Shown: positions 1 through 12,313 of the stretch, piece after piece
Position numbering within the stretch: position 1 is the stretch's first letter
Layout of the letters: every line of letters starts with the position of its first letter
DNA from: Lytechinus pictus
Lineage: Eukaryota
Assembly (NCBI RefSeq): GCF_037042905.1
Contig: NC_087250.1
Coordinates: 7,194,001 to 7,258,000 of the forward strand
Reading direction: 5' to 3'
DNA: 64,000 nucleotides
Notes under the pieces: generated by a model
The model's input: only the letters and a program-made list of their open reading frames with translations
What the model was told of the DNA's origin: nothing
The model's database searches: none
Program-made: the position numbers and the translations under genes

Positions 1-195
1 ATATAATGATTTTTTTTTTATTGTGTATGGTGCACAATAGACCAAACACATGACTGAGTGGTTAAAGTTGAATCTTTTATATCACATGTGTAGTGTAGTC
101 TGCAAACACAGACTCACATTTGACACTTCAACCAATAACAGGTCTAGAGTGAAGACTACATTAGACTCCAAAGACTCTGTCTGTGTAGCTCCAGC

Positions 196-412
196 CAGGG
201 GCGGATCCAGGATTTCCCAAAAGGGGGGGGGCAAATTTTTAGGAGGCTATTTCAGAAACAATTTGACAAGCAAAAAAAAAAAGGTCTTCAAGTTCAAAAG
301 AGGGGGCACAGCTGTGTTTTCATGGCATTTTTACATTACAAATTTTTAATTTTGCTTCTCAAAAGGGGGGCACGTGCCCCCTGTGGCCCCCCCCCCCCTG
401 GATCCGCGCCTG
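196..412. mobile_element. hAT-like MITE, 8-bp TSD
   Basis: TIRs CAGGGGCGGATCCAGG and CCTGGATCCGCGCCTG (1 mismatch); GCTCCAGC repeated at 188-195 and 413-420; no coding capacity. Confidence 0.9.
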
Positions 413-2589
413 GCTCCAGCCACAGTACATAGTGAATCTATATGTAGTCTCACTACTTCAGACTCTGCAGTATGCAGTAAGCGAAAACCAAAGGTCTGTG
501 CCCGCAGACTATGTGTAGTGCATGATAGACTAAATACATTGAAGATTTGCAGTTTCTTCTCTTGGCAAATGATAGCATAATGCATCTTTTTATTGTCTAG
601 CACACAATAGTCAAGAGCATGGCTGCAATGTTGTTCGTATCCAGGGGGCTGTTACACAAACAGTCGCAATCGAACACAACTTGGTTGTCAACCAATCACA
701 AAGCTTGCATTTGGGACTTGCATGTGATTTTACCAGTTAATATGATTGTGGGATGGATTGTTGTGTGTATCCAAGTAACAGGCTTCTGGTATGTTGACTT
801 AATATGACAGCGACCCGTCAATTATTAACTTTGAAACTTGATCCCGACCTTTGGATTCTAGTCTGTCTAAATGTTAAACACCGTATTGCAAGCGCAATAG
901 CACACAACTTACTTGTGGGCGACAGGGGAATTCACCCTCATGATAGCCAATTTGCAAACTGGAATGCATTGGGGCAAACATTTTTTTTCTGAAGTTGCCC
1001 CAAAACAATATTCAAGTACATGTACATTTAGAAAATCAATATTAAACAAGAAAATCAAAATACAGTAGAATACTTTATTTCAGCATAATTCCTCATTGAG
1101 CATAAAAAGGTATTCTTGTAATATAGCAAGAAACAGCAACTAAAATTCAAAATCCCCCCCTCAATAAAGCAAGTAATAATAGCCCCTAAAAATTGAAATT
1201 GATTTTTAACCTGAATCTTTCGGTGTATGGGTATTAAAACATGCAAGCTGGGTGGGGTAAAGCAGAATTTTACAGGGAAGTTCACCCTGACAAAAAGTTT
1301 ATTTCAAAAATAGCAGAAAAGATCATTTAAAATATTGGTGAAGGTTTGACGGAAATCCATTAAAAAATTTATTTTTTTTATTAGTGACGTCATATGCGAG
1401 CAGCTTTTCCACATATCGAATGGTAAAAAATTAATGAAATTGACCATTTTCTCAGAAAAGTAATACAGTGTACAATATCTGTGCGCCTGAACACGATTGG
1501 GGTTTCTAATGAACTCTGTATAATGATGCACTACTCTTTCAGAATTCACGTAATATCAATCAGTCATGGCCAATGAACCAAACCATTTTACAATGTAAAG
1601 TGCATTTAGAATAGTTAGGCCTATTGCCAAAAATAGTCTATTTTAACCTTGGTTAATAACAGTTGCCTGTCTGTTGCCATAAGGATGGCCTTCAACAATC
1701 AATTCAACTACAGTTGAACAGGTAGTTGGGATAAGATGAAAATGATTTCTGTGCGGAAATGAAAAATTTCCATCCGATCCATCAGCAATTGTTCATTTAT
1801 GAGCAGGTTTGATCAACTATTCATCCGCCCTATTGTGTAACTTATGAGCCCAAAAAATTTGAGGACATGGTGAATCATGGGGCAATATTTATAAGCTGCG
1901 AGTGAGCAAAGCACGCAAGCAAACATTTTGAAATTTTCTTATAGTTTCATTTTGATAGATTTTGATTTAGTAAATTCAGTATCAATAAGTATCATATTTC
2001 ACCCTTTTCCTTTTCATTCTTTTCCTTATTTTTTTTCTTTGACATGAGAATGTGGATCTAAATCATTTCCATCTTTTTATGCACATGAACAGTTTCCAGT
2101 GTATATATATATCCCAAATTGGTTAATGCTTTTCGGCAACTACATTTGGGAATTATCAAAAACAAAATTGTCACAGCAACCCCCTAAAATTCAATGCCGC
2201 CGGAGAGAAGTAAGCCAGAGTCCTGTTTCTTAAAGACTAGATATGTTACAATAAATGCTCAAGTTTTGTAACAAGTTTATACTATCAGCCAATCAGATTG
2301 AAGGATTTCAGTAGCTTTTAACTGTTATTGTGAAATTGTAAATCATAACAAGTTTTATGAAACACGACCCACATATTGTCCTGCCTTCATGACATACATA
2401 TGCCAATGAGGGATTATATAATGAACGATGAGTGACAAGATCTCTTGCAACATAAGAGATTAATAAAAAAATCCTTTGTTAAGTTTCTTCCCCATTGATT
2501 TCCTTCTTGAAGTAGGGAATTGTTACGCAACACTTACTACACAAAGGCCAGCACTGTGTAAGTGGAGAGAAAATATTTACGAGTTTCAT

Positions 2590-2999
2590 TTGCCATGGTG
2601 TAGTCTTTTTTTTTCTTGTATGTTTTTTAAATATTTTTATATGTTGTACAGTCCTACCTTACCTTGTCTAGGATTACATGCATGTTTGATATTGATTTAT
2701 GTTTTCTTTTATATATATGTATTGTTTTTACTATTGTATGTTTGTATTTTTTAAACGTGTCCACTGGACCCATCAGAAGGACAACCTGTGGCTGAAGAGG
2801 GCGATCCAGCCCACGAGTGGAAAATAAATGAATGAATAAATAAATAATATTAATAGATAAACAAATAAATAAATAAATAGTGAAATAAATGAATAAATAA
2901 ATAATTAAATAAATGAATAAATTAATAAATAAATGAATGAATGAATGAATGAATGAATGAATGAATGAATGAATGAATGAATGAATGAATGAATGAATG

Positions 3000-3030
<31 letters not shown>

Positions 3031-3065
3031 GAATCAATGAATGAATCAATACATAAATGAATAAA
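2590..3065 (+). mobile_element. Probable 3' end of a 5'-truncated L2/CR1-type LINE with (TAAA)n/(TGAA)n tail
   Basis: T-rich 3'UTR-like sequence, a GC-rich stem-loop segment at about 2760-2820, AATAAA, then a (TAAA)/(TGAA)/(TCAA) microsatellite at 2825-3065. Family inferred from architecture only. Confidence 0.5.
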
Positions 3066-3760
3066 ATAATCTGCAATTCTGCATCCAGTGTGCTATCTAA
3101 ATTACAAGTTCTCAGTGCAATATTGCTAATACTATCATTATCCCTGCAAACTAAAAGGATTACATTCCATATTCAATCTCAGAGTAAAAGTCAAATCATG
3201 AGGCGTTCAATATAAGTTTTCTTTTCCACAAAAGAGCAAAGGATTAAGGAAATTTCATGATTCCATTACAACTAACGACTTAGCATTAATTCATTACATG
3301 TTTGGTTATAATTAGAAGGCAATTTTACTATAAAGTTGGGGAAAATATCCCTTCTTCTGCATATCTGTAACATCAAATTGAACTATAGGCCTATACATGA
3401 AGTTGATGAACATTCTTTGCTACAGTACAGCTATTGTAGCAAATGAAAATCCCTACAGGGCAAAATAACACAACCGGATATATCTACCAGGCTAAAATTT
3501 ATTGCTAGATCATTTCTTCAAATGAAGAGTGATAATTTGTTTTTGCTGTTTTTGTAGACTACATGTATACTGAAAAATGAGAGTTTCAAATTTGAACCTT
3601 TTCAATGTTCAGTATTTAATTTTGCACCATTTATGGTGCAGACGAGCATTTCTTGGTACAAATAATAATAAAAAGGTGCATTTTAGCACCATTTTCTCAA
3701 CTTAGGTGTAAGATTGCACCCTAAAAGGTTGCATTTATGGTTAAAACTAAAAAATATTTC

Positions 3761-4502
3761 TTAGTGTGTATTATGATAGCAGGTCAAGTCTTTCCATACA
3801 ATTCATCTCATTCAAGATTAAATGGCATCATGGATAGAATGATCATTTCACGGGTGCACATCCTTCATTTGAGCATGTGGTGTTCATCTCTGCAACACAC
3901 AAACAATCTCATTTTCTGTCTCTAATACCCCTTTCATAAACCCAATCAAACCCAATTATGCGGCTAATAGCAGCATAATTTGGTCGTAAAATCAGAGGAG
4001 GACAAGAGTTATCCGCATTATTCTGATGCTGCTATTATCCGCATAATAGCGGCATCGGGACAAGATTTTGAGTTTATGAACGTATTTCCAAATAATGCGG
4101 ATAACTGCCATGGTGCGGTCACAAGGTCACCCTTTTCCAACACAACCCCATCGGAGGGGGCGTGTGCAGTATCCGCCTTTTTCAGGTCGGGCGCTCTTAA
4201 AAAAATAGTGCGGATTATTTTCGGAGTTTGTGAATGCAATTTTTATTAAATTATCCGCATTACTCTAAAGGCGGATAATTTGAGGATGGGTTTGTGAAAG
4301 GGGTATTAGTGTGCATGGTGTGTATTATGATAGCAGGTCAAGTCTTTCTTTACAATTCATCTCATTCAAGATTAAATGGCATGGGTAGAATGATCATTCC
4401 ACGGGTGCACAACATTTTGAGCATGTGGTGTTTATCTCTGCAACACACAAACAATCACAGGCATGAAAAATATCAGACCATTTTCTAATTTTCTGTCTCT
4501 AA
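3761..4502. repeat. Direct duplication of about 165-195 bp (3761-3925 and 4306-4502) flanking the MITE
   Basis: Both copies begin TTAGTGTG, contain TATTATGATAGCAGGTCAAGTCTTT, and end TTTTCTGTCTCTAA. Confidence 0.9.
3926..4305. mobile_element. PIF/Harbinger-like MITE
   Basis: TIRs TACCCCTTTCATAAACCCA and TGGGTTTGTGAAAGGGGTA; flanked by TAA (3923-3925) and TTA (4306-4308); internal TTATCCGCAT / ATGCGGATAA repeats. Confidence 0.8.
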
Positions 4503-4740
4503 AATATATGCATAGGAGCCTCTCAGTCGATGCCTGTCATTTCATACTCATACTCATAAGAGGTTTGATTGATACTGACTTAGAGAAAAAAAATGATTTT
4601 GTCTATATAGGACTGTACCATGATATCTAAACATATCATTACAAACAATTTTCATAATCATTCTTTCTTCCTTACGTTTAGTCTGCCAAGATAGGCTATT
4701 CTGATAGACAATATCAGGCCTACGTCTGTGACATTCAACT

Positions 4741-5251
4741 CCCGGGGGGGGCACTCGACCAAAAAAGTGGTAGGGGTGTGCCGCGGGCGAGACAAAAAAC
4801 GGGGGCCTTGGAGCGGGCTTATTGTAAGAAGGAGGGTCCTCGGAACGGGCTTCGGAACTACAAATGTTTGTGAAAACGGGGGTCCTTGGAACGGGTCGCC
4901 TACGTGCGAGTGCGTATGCATCCCTATGGAACGTACTTGCAGCTAGCCCGGCGGCACGACTGACGGGCGCGCCAGCGCAGAGGCGATGGTCGGACAGTGA
5001 GCTGCGGCCGCTTTTCACCAAAATTGCGACCGGAACGGCGTAACGGAAAATATGTGAAGCCCTGGAGCGGATTTTTTTCTTCTTTTTTCTCGAGAAGAAG
5101 AAAATGCTATGCTCTGGAGCGGCTTTCTTTGTTCTTTTTCTCAATAAGACAAAAATGCTATGCCTCGGAACGGAAATTTGAGTGTAAAAATGGGGGTCCC
5201 CTCCGCGGCACATACCCACTATGCATTATATACTGAGTGCCCCCCCCCGGG
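4741..5251. mobile_element. Non-autonomous DNA transposon with CCCGGG termini, 8-bp TSD
   Basis: TIRs CCCGGGGGGGGCACTC and GAGTGCCCCCCCCCGGG; ATTCAACT at 4733-4740 and 5252-5259. Confidence 0.9.
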
Positions 5252-5782
5252 ATTCAACTCAACTTTGTAAGAATTTTCTTTATTACTTGTGTTTTAATCC
5301 TTGGACCCCGTGGAAGAACAGTACTGTGTATGGATGGGCAGAGCTGAACTGGGTGTCCTTCCAAATTCACTTTTCTCATGTCTCTTTGATATTGTTGTTT
5401 CTTTGTATATGTCTGTCTAGCTAACTTGTTATTTTTTATATCTTGCTTTTATATGTTCATTTGTATACTTGTGTTTTTATTGTGAATTTCGGAAAATAAA
5501 TAAATACAAAATACAGACAGATGGTCACAACTCAGGATACAGTAGAGATCGTGTTAATCTTCCTATTCATTGAGTTTATGATGCCAAGAAAGAATCCCCC
5601 CTCCCCACTCAAGATGTAAAAAGAAAACCACACTCAGCAGCCCAGCTGGCAGCCCAGCTGGCAGCTCAGCGGTATCGATCTGACCACCACCTAATTTACC
5701 CCATCTTACCCCCTGCCGTTTCCCCTGGAAGTGTTCCCAAGGCCAAGCAGGCACAGAAACGAGATGTAACAAAAAATCTTAC

Positions 5783-6260
5783 CTGTTCTTATTTGGTTCG
5801 GTGTTTCTCTCTAGTTTCGCACTGTCCTACTATAACCAATTTAAATTCCACCACATTCCAGTGCTGTTATTATCCAACTTAATTCCTCTTTTAGATTATT
5901 ATTCCACCTCCACAAATCCAAAGGACAGAGAAACTTGCGGGATCATATACGTCACAAAACATTCACGGACGGACGTACGTGCAGCGAAAAAAGATCCAAC
6001 TTCTTCCAAAATTGTCCCGCCAGGCACCACGGCCACGGGTCGACCCACTACGAATTCCACCAAACTCTTCTTTCGAACGATGATTCGAAATGAACGATTA
6101 ATATGGCACAAATCGCAAAAATAAAGTAACTTCTAAGTCAACATTTCAATGTCCTGTAAATCATGAGCTCAGTTTAGTCCGGATCGATAAATTTATTGAG
6201 GTGTATCTTTTACACGGATCATCGAACTAATTCAGTCCACCTGTGTTCTGTCGGGTTGAA
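5783..6260 (-). other. Candidate non-coding first exon of a minus-strand gene running off the left edge
   Basis: Consensus donor CAG|GTAAG on the minus strand (CTTAC|CTG at 5778-5785); CpG-rich unique-looking sequence at 5900-6330; CRE palindrome just upstream. The 5' boundary is a guess and no coding exon was found to the left. Confidence 0.4.
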
Positions 6261-6283
6261 GAACTCCAGCTTGTCAAAAATTG

Positions 6284-6291
6284 TGACGTCA
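6284..6291. promoter_or_regulatory. CRE palindrome TGACGTCA with adjacent half-site
   Basis: GTGACGTCATTGACGTTC at 6283-6300, directly upstream of the candidate first exon. Confidence 0.4.
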
Positions 6292-7484
6292 TTGACGTTC
6301 GGCTTCACGTTCCTATGGTGATGGTCGGCTGAAGAGAATTAGGAAACTTTGATCCCAAGATTCGGGCTGTTTTGTTTTCACAGAATCCGGGTTGGGGTTT
6401 GTACCTACATGTATGTTTGTAAAACTGTATCTGCAATATATCTCTTGCGCAGACTTTGTATTAAATTTTGTGAAGGTGGGGCAAGTCATGGCCGGCCATG
6501 GAAAAGGGGATATACGCTAGCACTAGCACCTCAAAGATTTTTGCTGGGGGTACTGCGAATAAACACCATTGGCAGCAACCCTGAAAACCATATTGGTATG
6601 CTAAATAATATTGAAATTAGACGAAAATCAACTAAATTTTGTAGCGAGATTTTTTTCTATACTTGTCACTTTTTTTTCCAAACCAGCACCCCCCCCCCCC
6701 CCATCCCTATTCAAAACTCGTTCCCAGGGCCCTGAGACAGATAGGTTGGTGTGGTGGATGTGGTGGTGAGGAGATGATTGTGGAGGGTCATTGAAAATTT
6801 TGTTCATCGAGGGTTCACCGTTCTGCCGCTGAAACCATTGCCTACCCATTTTGAGGGATATTTGGGGGGGGGGTGTGAAGGGATACCCCCCCCCCCGCAA
6901 CTGCTCACCCAAAGTATAAACGTTTACAACGTTTCAAAATTTATTTATTGAAAATCCACACATCTTGGATCATTGTCAATATTACAAATAAACACTTTTA
7001 TGGACAGTTACATTGTAACACAAAGTTACAAATCAATTACGTAAATAAAAATAAGTATGATTACTGTGGTACAAATTTGAGTCAGATCACGGGGGGGGGG
7101 GTTCAAGTCGGACCTCGTGTATGAAACTGGAAAGAGGTTTTTCATGCGAATTGTGATATTGGGAGAGGAGGGTGAGTATAGAAGGGTCCAATCAAAACTG
7201 AGGGATTGGTGTCGTGTTTGGGTGCTCAAGCATGCAAACAGGGTTTTATCGATATATTTACATGTATGTATTATTTGATGTTTTTATAGTTTGTGATTGA
7301 TTATTCTTTGTTCCTATGCCCTTTTTGTTAGTAAAGGACATGTCCACCCCAACAAAAAGTTGATTTGAATAAAAAAAGAAAAATCCAACGTGCATAACAC
7401 TGAAAATTTCATCAAAATCGGATGTAAAATAAGAAAGTTTTGACATTTTAAAATTTTCCTTAATTTCACATAATAGTTTAATTA

Positions 7485-7651
7485 CAGGGGCCGCGGAACC
7501 GGGGGGCTGGGGGCTTCAGCCCCCCCCCCCCCCCCCACTTTTTTCCAAAACCGTGTACAAAAACGTAAAAATTACCATATGATTGTGATTTTTAGCATGG
7601 TCAGCCCCCCCCCCCCCCCCCCCCACTTTGAAAACCGTTCCGCGGCCCCTG
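7485..7651. mobile_element. CAGGGGCCGCGG-family MITE, copy 1 (5-bp TSD, hAT5-like)
   Basis: TIRs CAGGGGCCGCGGAAC and GTTCCGCGGCCCCTG; flanks AATTA and AGTTA (1 mismatch); same internal sequence as 20321-20503 and 46902-47041. Confidence 0.85.
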
Positions 7652-8275
7652 AGTTAAGGAAGAAAAGGACAGAGAAAAGGGTGCTGACATGTGATATCGC
7701 TCTATGAATATTGTGTTAGAAATTATTACAAAATCATATTTCAATTACAAAAAGGACATTTTTTTCTCTCGCTCGCTTGCAAATTTATATTCATATGAAT
7801 TCATATTTCCAATTCGTCCAATTTCCAACCCCTCCTTGGTCAGGGAACTTTGGGGTCCAGTACCCTCAAGCCCCCCCCCCCCCCCCCCTCGATCCCCTCC
7901 TCTCCCACCTATACATATACGCCAGTGCTGATAATAGTAAAGGGATATGAGCAAGGCTTCGGAAGATAGTCTTTTAAGTGGGAGGATTAGTGTTAGATCT
8001 CGTGCTAAAATTAGCAGTTCCCCCAAGGCGCGTTAAGCTGAGCAACACATAACGGGAAAATGGTTTAGAAATAGAACGTATCAAATCCCATTATGTCGTG
8101 GTTTTGATAGACTTCCCGCTCAAGGGCTTACTAAGTATTTACTTTAAACAGTTACCTGGGGTTTGCTTGCACAGCTTGGAATGGAAAAGGAAGATAGAAA
8201 GAAAAGAAAGGAAGGAAGGAAGATAGAGAGAGGGGGAGAAATAAAATGTGGAAGGACGGAAGAAAGAAAGAATGT

Positions 8276-8495
<220 letters not shown>

Positions 8496-8636
8496 CTTTT
8501 TTTTTTTACTTTTCAAATGAAGACTTTATTTACAAATTATAATCACAAAAGTCAGGTATATAATAAAAGAATAGTTTGACATAAACATTCAAATGAGATC
8601 AGGTTGATTACAAGCACAGAGTTATAAAACCAAATG

Positions 8637-11600
8637 TTAAATGAGCCATGCAATGCTGCCCTCGTTAATTGTAAAAAGTAATCTATTCATACACCATTTA
8701 CGTAAAAAGGCATCAATATTAGAACATAATTTGTAATAAGTAAATTCATAGAGTATTCTGTTTTTGAGACGATGTAACCAAATAATAAGTGGATCGGTGA
8801 AATTTGAGGTACGGTACATAAAATAAATGGTACTTTTTAAACTAATAATAAGAAAATTAGCAAGGCGGATAACCTTTCTGTCACGCCCTCTGGCATGCGG
8901 AATGAGTGCCCAGTATAGGTCAAAATTAAGTTTGAGAGAGGGGAGGAGATTGTTCAACAGTCTATGAAGAAGATTGAGAGAAGGTTGGATTCCTTTACAT
9001 TCGATGAACAGATGTTGAATGGTTCCTGGTTCTCCGCACCATCCGCAAAAAGAAGAAATGTCTGTATTAAGATGATGGAGTATAGTGAGCGACGGTAAAA
9101 TATTGTGAAGGAGTCTGTATTGAATATCAGCCTCTTTTTTAGGTGTTGGTAATTGATAGATAGATAGCCAGTTCACTTTTGTAGATGGATCGAGAAATCC
9201 AGTATCATGCCAATGTGAGCTTGATAAGATTGTCGTATTATCTAGTTCTTTCCTGTAGATTCTGTAGATAGCTTTAGAAGAAGCAATAAGTCCATTTTCG
9301 GAAGAAGCCATAGTGAAGTTGATCGGAGTAACTGGAGCAGACAATAGATCAGAGTATTTGTGTTGACAGCCTGAGTCATTAAAATATGTAGGGAAAACTT
9401 TAGAAAGTGCAGTTCGAATGAGTAATGTTTCACGTTCGATGAGACGCGATGATGGTTGTCGAAGTCCCCTTGGAAAGTTCTTTTGGAGACAGCTACTCTC
9501 AATCCAAAGACCAGTTGAGTGGTTTATCAAATGGCGAACTAGTTTCACTCCGCATGCCATCAGGCGCGTCGGAAAAAAATTATCAACATCAATTGCATCA
9601 ATAATATGAAAACTATTTAAGGGCATGTTAATTGCATGGCTGAAAGAGAGGGATTGTGTCACAATTCGAGCTCCAGATGTCAACCAAGCTCGCAGAACTT
9701 CACTATAGTAAACTGGAAGACTTGTGTAGAACTTAGGATCAATTCTTGTAAAGAACAATTGGTAATCAAATCCTAATTTACAATACTGTCTCAGAAAATG
9801 AGCCATAAAGTCGTTTACTGGATGAGAATTTAAGGAAAGAAACCGTTGAATAATCGAAAATCTGTAAGTTAGAACACGAGCTTGGAGACAAGCTAGCCCC
9901 AGCCCTTATTAAGTCTTTCTTTACATTTAATCCAGTTTTGTTTAGAATAATTAAACGTGTTCCCTAAATGAACTCCTAAAAAGGGGAGACCTTCACTATT
10001 CCAAGAAAAGTTGAGGGGTTTATCATTCCGACCTTTCCAACGGCCGACCCAAAGGCCTTGTGATTTTTTTTGTATTTAAACATGCAGCAGATGCCAGACT
10101 GAACATATTGTAAGTTTGTTCAACTAATTCAAAGCCAGCATCGGCTGTGACAAATATCGATACATCGTCTGCATATGCAGATACTACACAAGGTTTGTTA
10201 ATAGCAGGGATATTTAATGCATGATTATGTGAGTTCAGGAGAGGCTCAATGGCGAGAGTATATAGCAACCCTGATAGAGGGCATCCCTGTCGTATTCCTT
10301 TCTCAAAGGGGAAAGGAGCTGTCAGGGATCCACACACTTTAATGAGGCTTTCAGCCCCTTCATACAAAATTCGTATATAGGATATAAAATGACTTCCAAA
10401 GCCCATGCGTTTCATAACATTGAATAAATAAACGTGATCTACATTATCAAATGCCTTTTTCTGGTCCAAGTTCAATACAGCCAAAGAAATATTATCAGTG
10501 TTTGCATAGAACAAAATATCTCTAATGAGATTAATGTTGTCATAAATAGAACGACCGGGGATACAATAACTTTGGTCTCTTCCAATAACATGATCAATGC
10601 ATGATTTTAGCCTACTGGCAAGCAGCTTAGCAAAAATTTTATAGTCTGTGTTGAGGAGGGAGACGGGACGCCAATTTGAAATATCAGCGAGGTCTCCTTT
10701 TTTGGGGAGTAAAGTAATGACCGCCCTCCTAAAGGAGTATGGTAAAAATCCAGATTCAAGAGAGGAGGTAAGAACTTCGAGAAAATCATCTTTGAGCATG
10801 GGCCAAAAGACATGATAAAATTCAGAGGTAAGTCCATCGATACCAGGAGACTTATTTTTACCTAGCTGCTTGACAGCATTATCAAGTTCTTCTACAGATA
10901 TTGGATTCTCAAGGTCCTTTGATAAGGACGGATCAAGCGTTTTGATATTTACAAGTAAACTATTGATGGCGCTTTTGTCAGTTGGCTTTCGAGTGTAAAG
11001 AGATTCATAAAAATCCCGAACATGATTTTTTATCTCAGAAGGGTTCTCCGAAATACGTCCCGAAGCGAGCCGAATGCGGGATATACTTTTTGATAAGGAA
11101 TTCGTTTTTTCTAAGTTGAAGAAAAAATTGGAGCATGAGTCTGTTTCATTTGTGTATTTAAAGCGAGACCTCACAAGAGCTCCGCGTGCTTCATTTTTCA
11201 GTAACGAGTTTAATGCATTTCTATGCTCGTCGAGAGTATATTTATCTTGTGGGCTAGATTCTTTTGCGCTCTGAAGTTTATCAATCTCCTTGTTAATTTC
11301 TATGAGAGCTTGCCTTTTCCTTTGTACTATTTTTTTACTATACATTTGAGTAATTGATTTTATATGAACCTTTCCGAAATCCCACCAAGATGCAAGATTC
11401 GGGAAGTCATTTCTTTCTTTTTGCCAATCTGACCAAAAAAGACGAATAATATCAATGTAACTTTCGTCTTCCAAAAGGGTGTTATTGAAAATCCAATATG
11501 CACTTTTTCCTTTAGCCCGTATTGGGAATTTCAAAGTAAGAGAAACTGCAGAGTGGTCAGATAAGGAACAAGGTATAATTTCACACGTATGAATAGAAGA

Positions 11601-12258
11601 AACTAGACACGATGGTACATAAAATCGATCTAATCTAGACTTTGAAAAGCCATGTGCACTGGCTGGATTGTGCCGTTGCCAGGTAAATTTCTTTTCATTT
11701 GGATTTAGAAAACGCCATGCATCGCAAAGAGAAGATTTATTCAAAACATTTTGCAAAGCCGTAACAAGTTTAGGTCTGCGTTCTGTGAGCGTGCACAAAC
11801 GATCAATGGCAGGATTTTCAGTGCAATTAAAATCACCCACAATCACAATATTATCTTCGCAACAGGTGGAGATATGACAATTAAGGGCATTAATAGCTTT
11901 AATTGCCATTTCATCAGATTGAGGAATGAGTGTGTTGTATACATGATAAATACAGTTATTATGGGAGAGCTTGTTATACAATATATATAGCCATCAAAAA
12001 CAATAAAAGTAGATAAAATATCGACTTGAGAATTATTGACCAAAGTTGTCACTCCTGACCCTCGAGTAATACCGGGTGAGCAAAAAGGTTTATGGGACCA
12101 GTTGCTCCAGCAAGGATTGCTATCTTTAAGGTGGTAAGTTTCCTGTAAAAATACAACGAGCGGGTTGCATGCAATTTGCTCAACATAAACTCGGAAGGTG
12201 GCGTTTTGAGTTTGGGAGGAGCATCCTCCGGTGTTGAGGGTCAGCATTGACAGTGCCA
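8637..12258 (-). pseudogene. Tx1 ORF2 (AP endonuclease, reverse transcriptase, C-terminal Cys/His finger), frameshifted with internal deletions
   Basis: Motifs across three ORF pieces: TLNTGG, FLQETY, VGDFN, SRLDRFY, LSDH, KSPGIDGL, NWRPVSLLNTDYKIFAK, LDQKKAFD, GIRQGCPLSG, AYADD, CGWCGEPGTIQHLFIEC. Breaks near 11985 and 9810-10070. Confidence 0.93.
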
Positions 12259-12313
12259 TTATGGCTATAGCAACTTGAGCGTACGTAATGAATGGAGAGA
12301 AGGTAAAAAGGAA

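Noticed and set aside
1270..1470. Fragments of an AAAGG...CCTTTAA repeat family (also about 7333-7470, 18480-18695, 23490-23700, 41800-42105)
   Set aside because: Probably Kolobok-like MITE remnants, but paired ends and TSDs could not be fixed, so they are not listed as features.
2791..2825. CTGAAGA-GGGC..GCCC hammerhead-like start
   Set aside because: The stem is followed by ACGAG rather than GAAA, so the core is incomplete. CTGACGA at about 19669 and minus-strand 33760 fail the same way.
3566..3768. Possible CACTA-like MITE
   Set aside because: Termini too degenerate and no clear TSD.
4554..5219. 221-aa minus-strand ORF
   Set aside because: Lies mostly in a GC-rich MITE; no transposase or other motifs.
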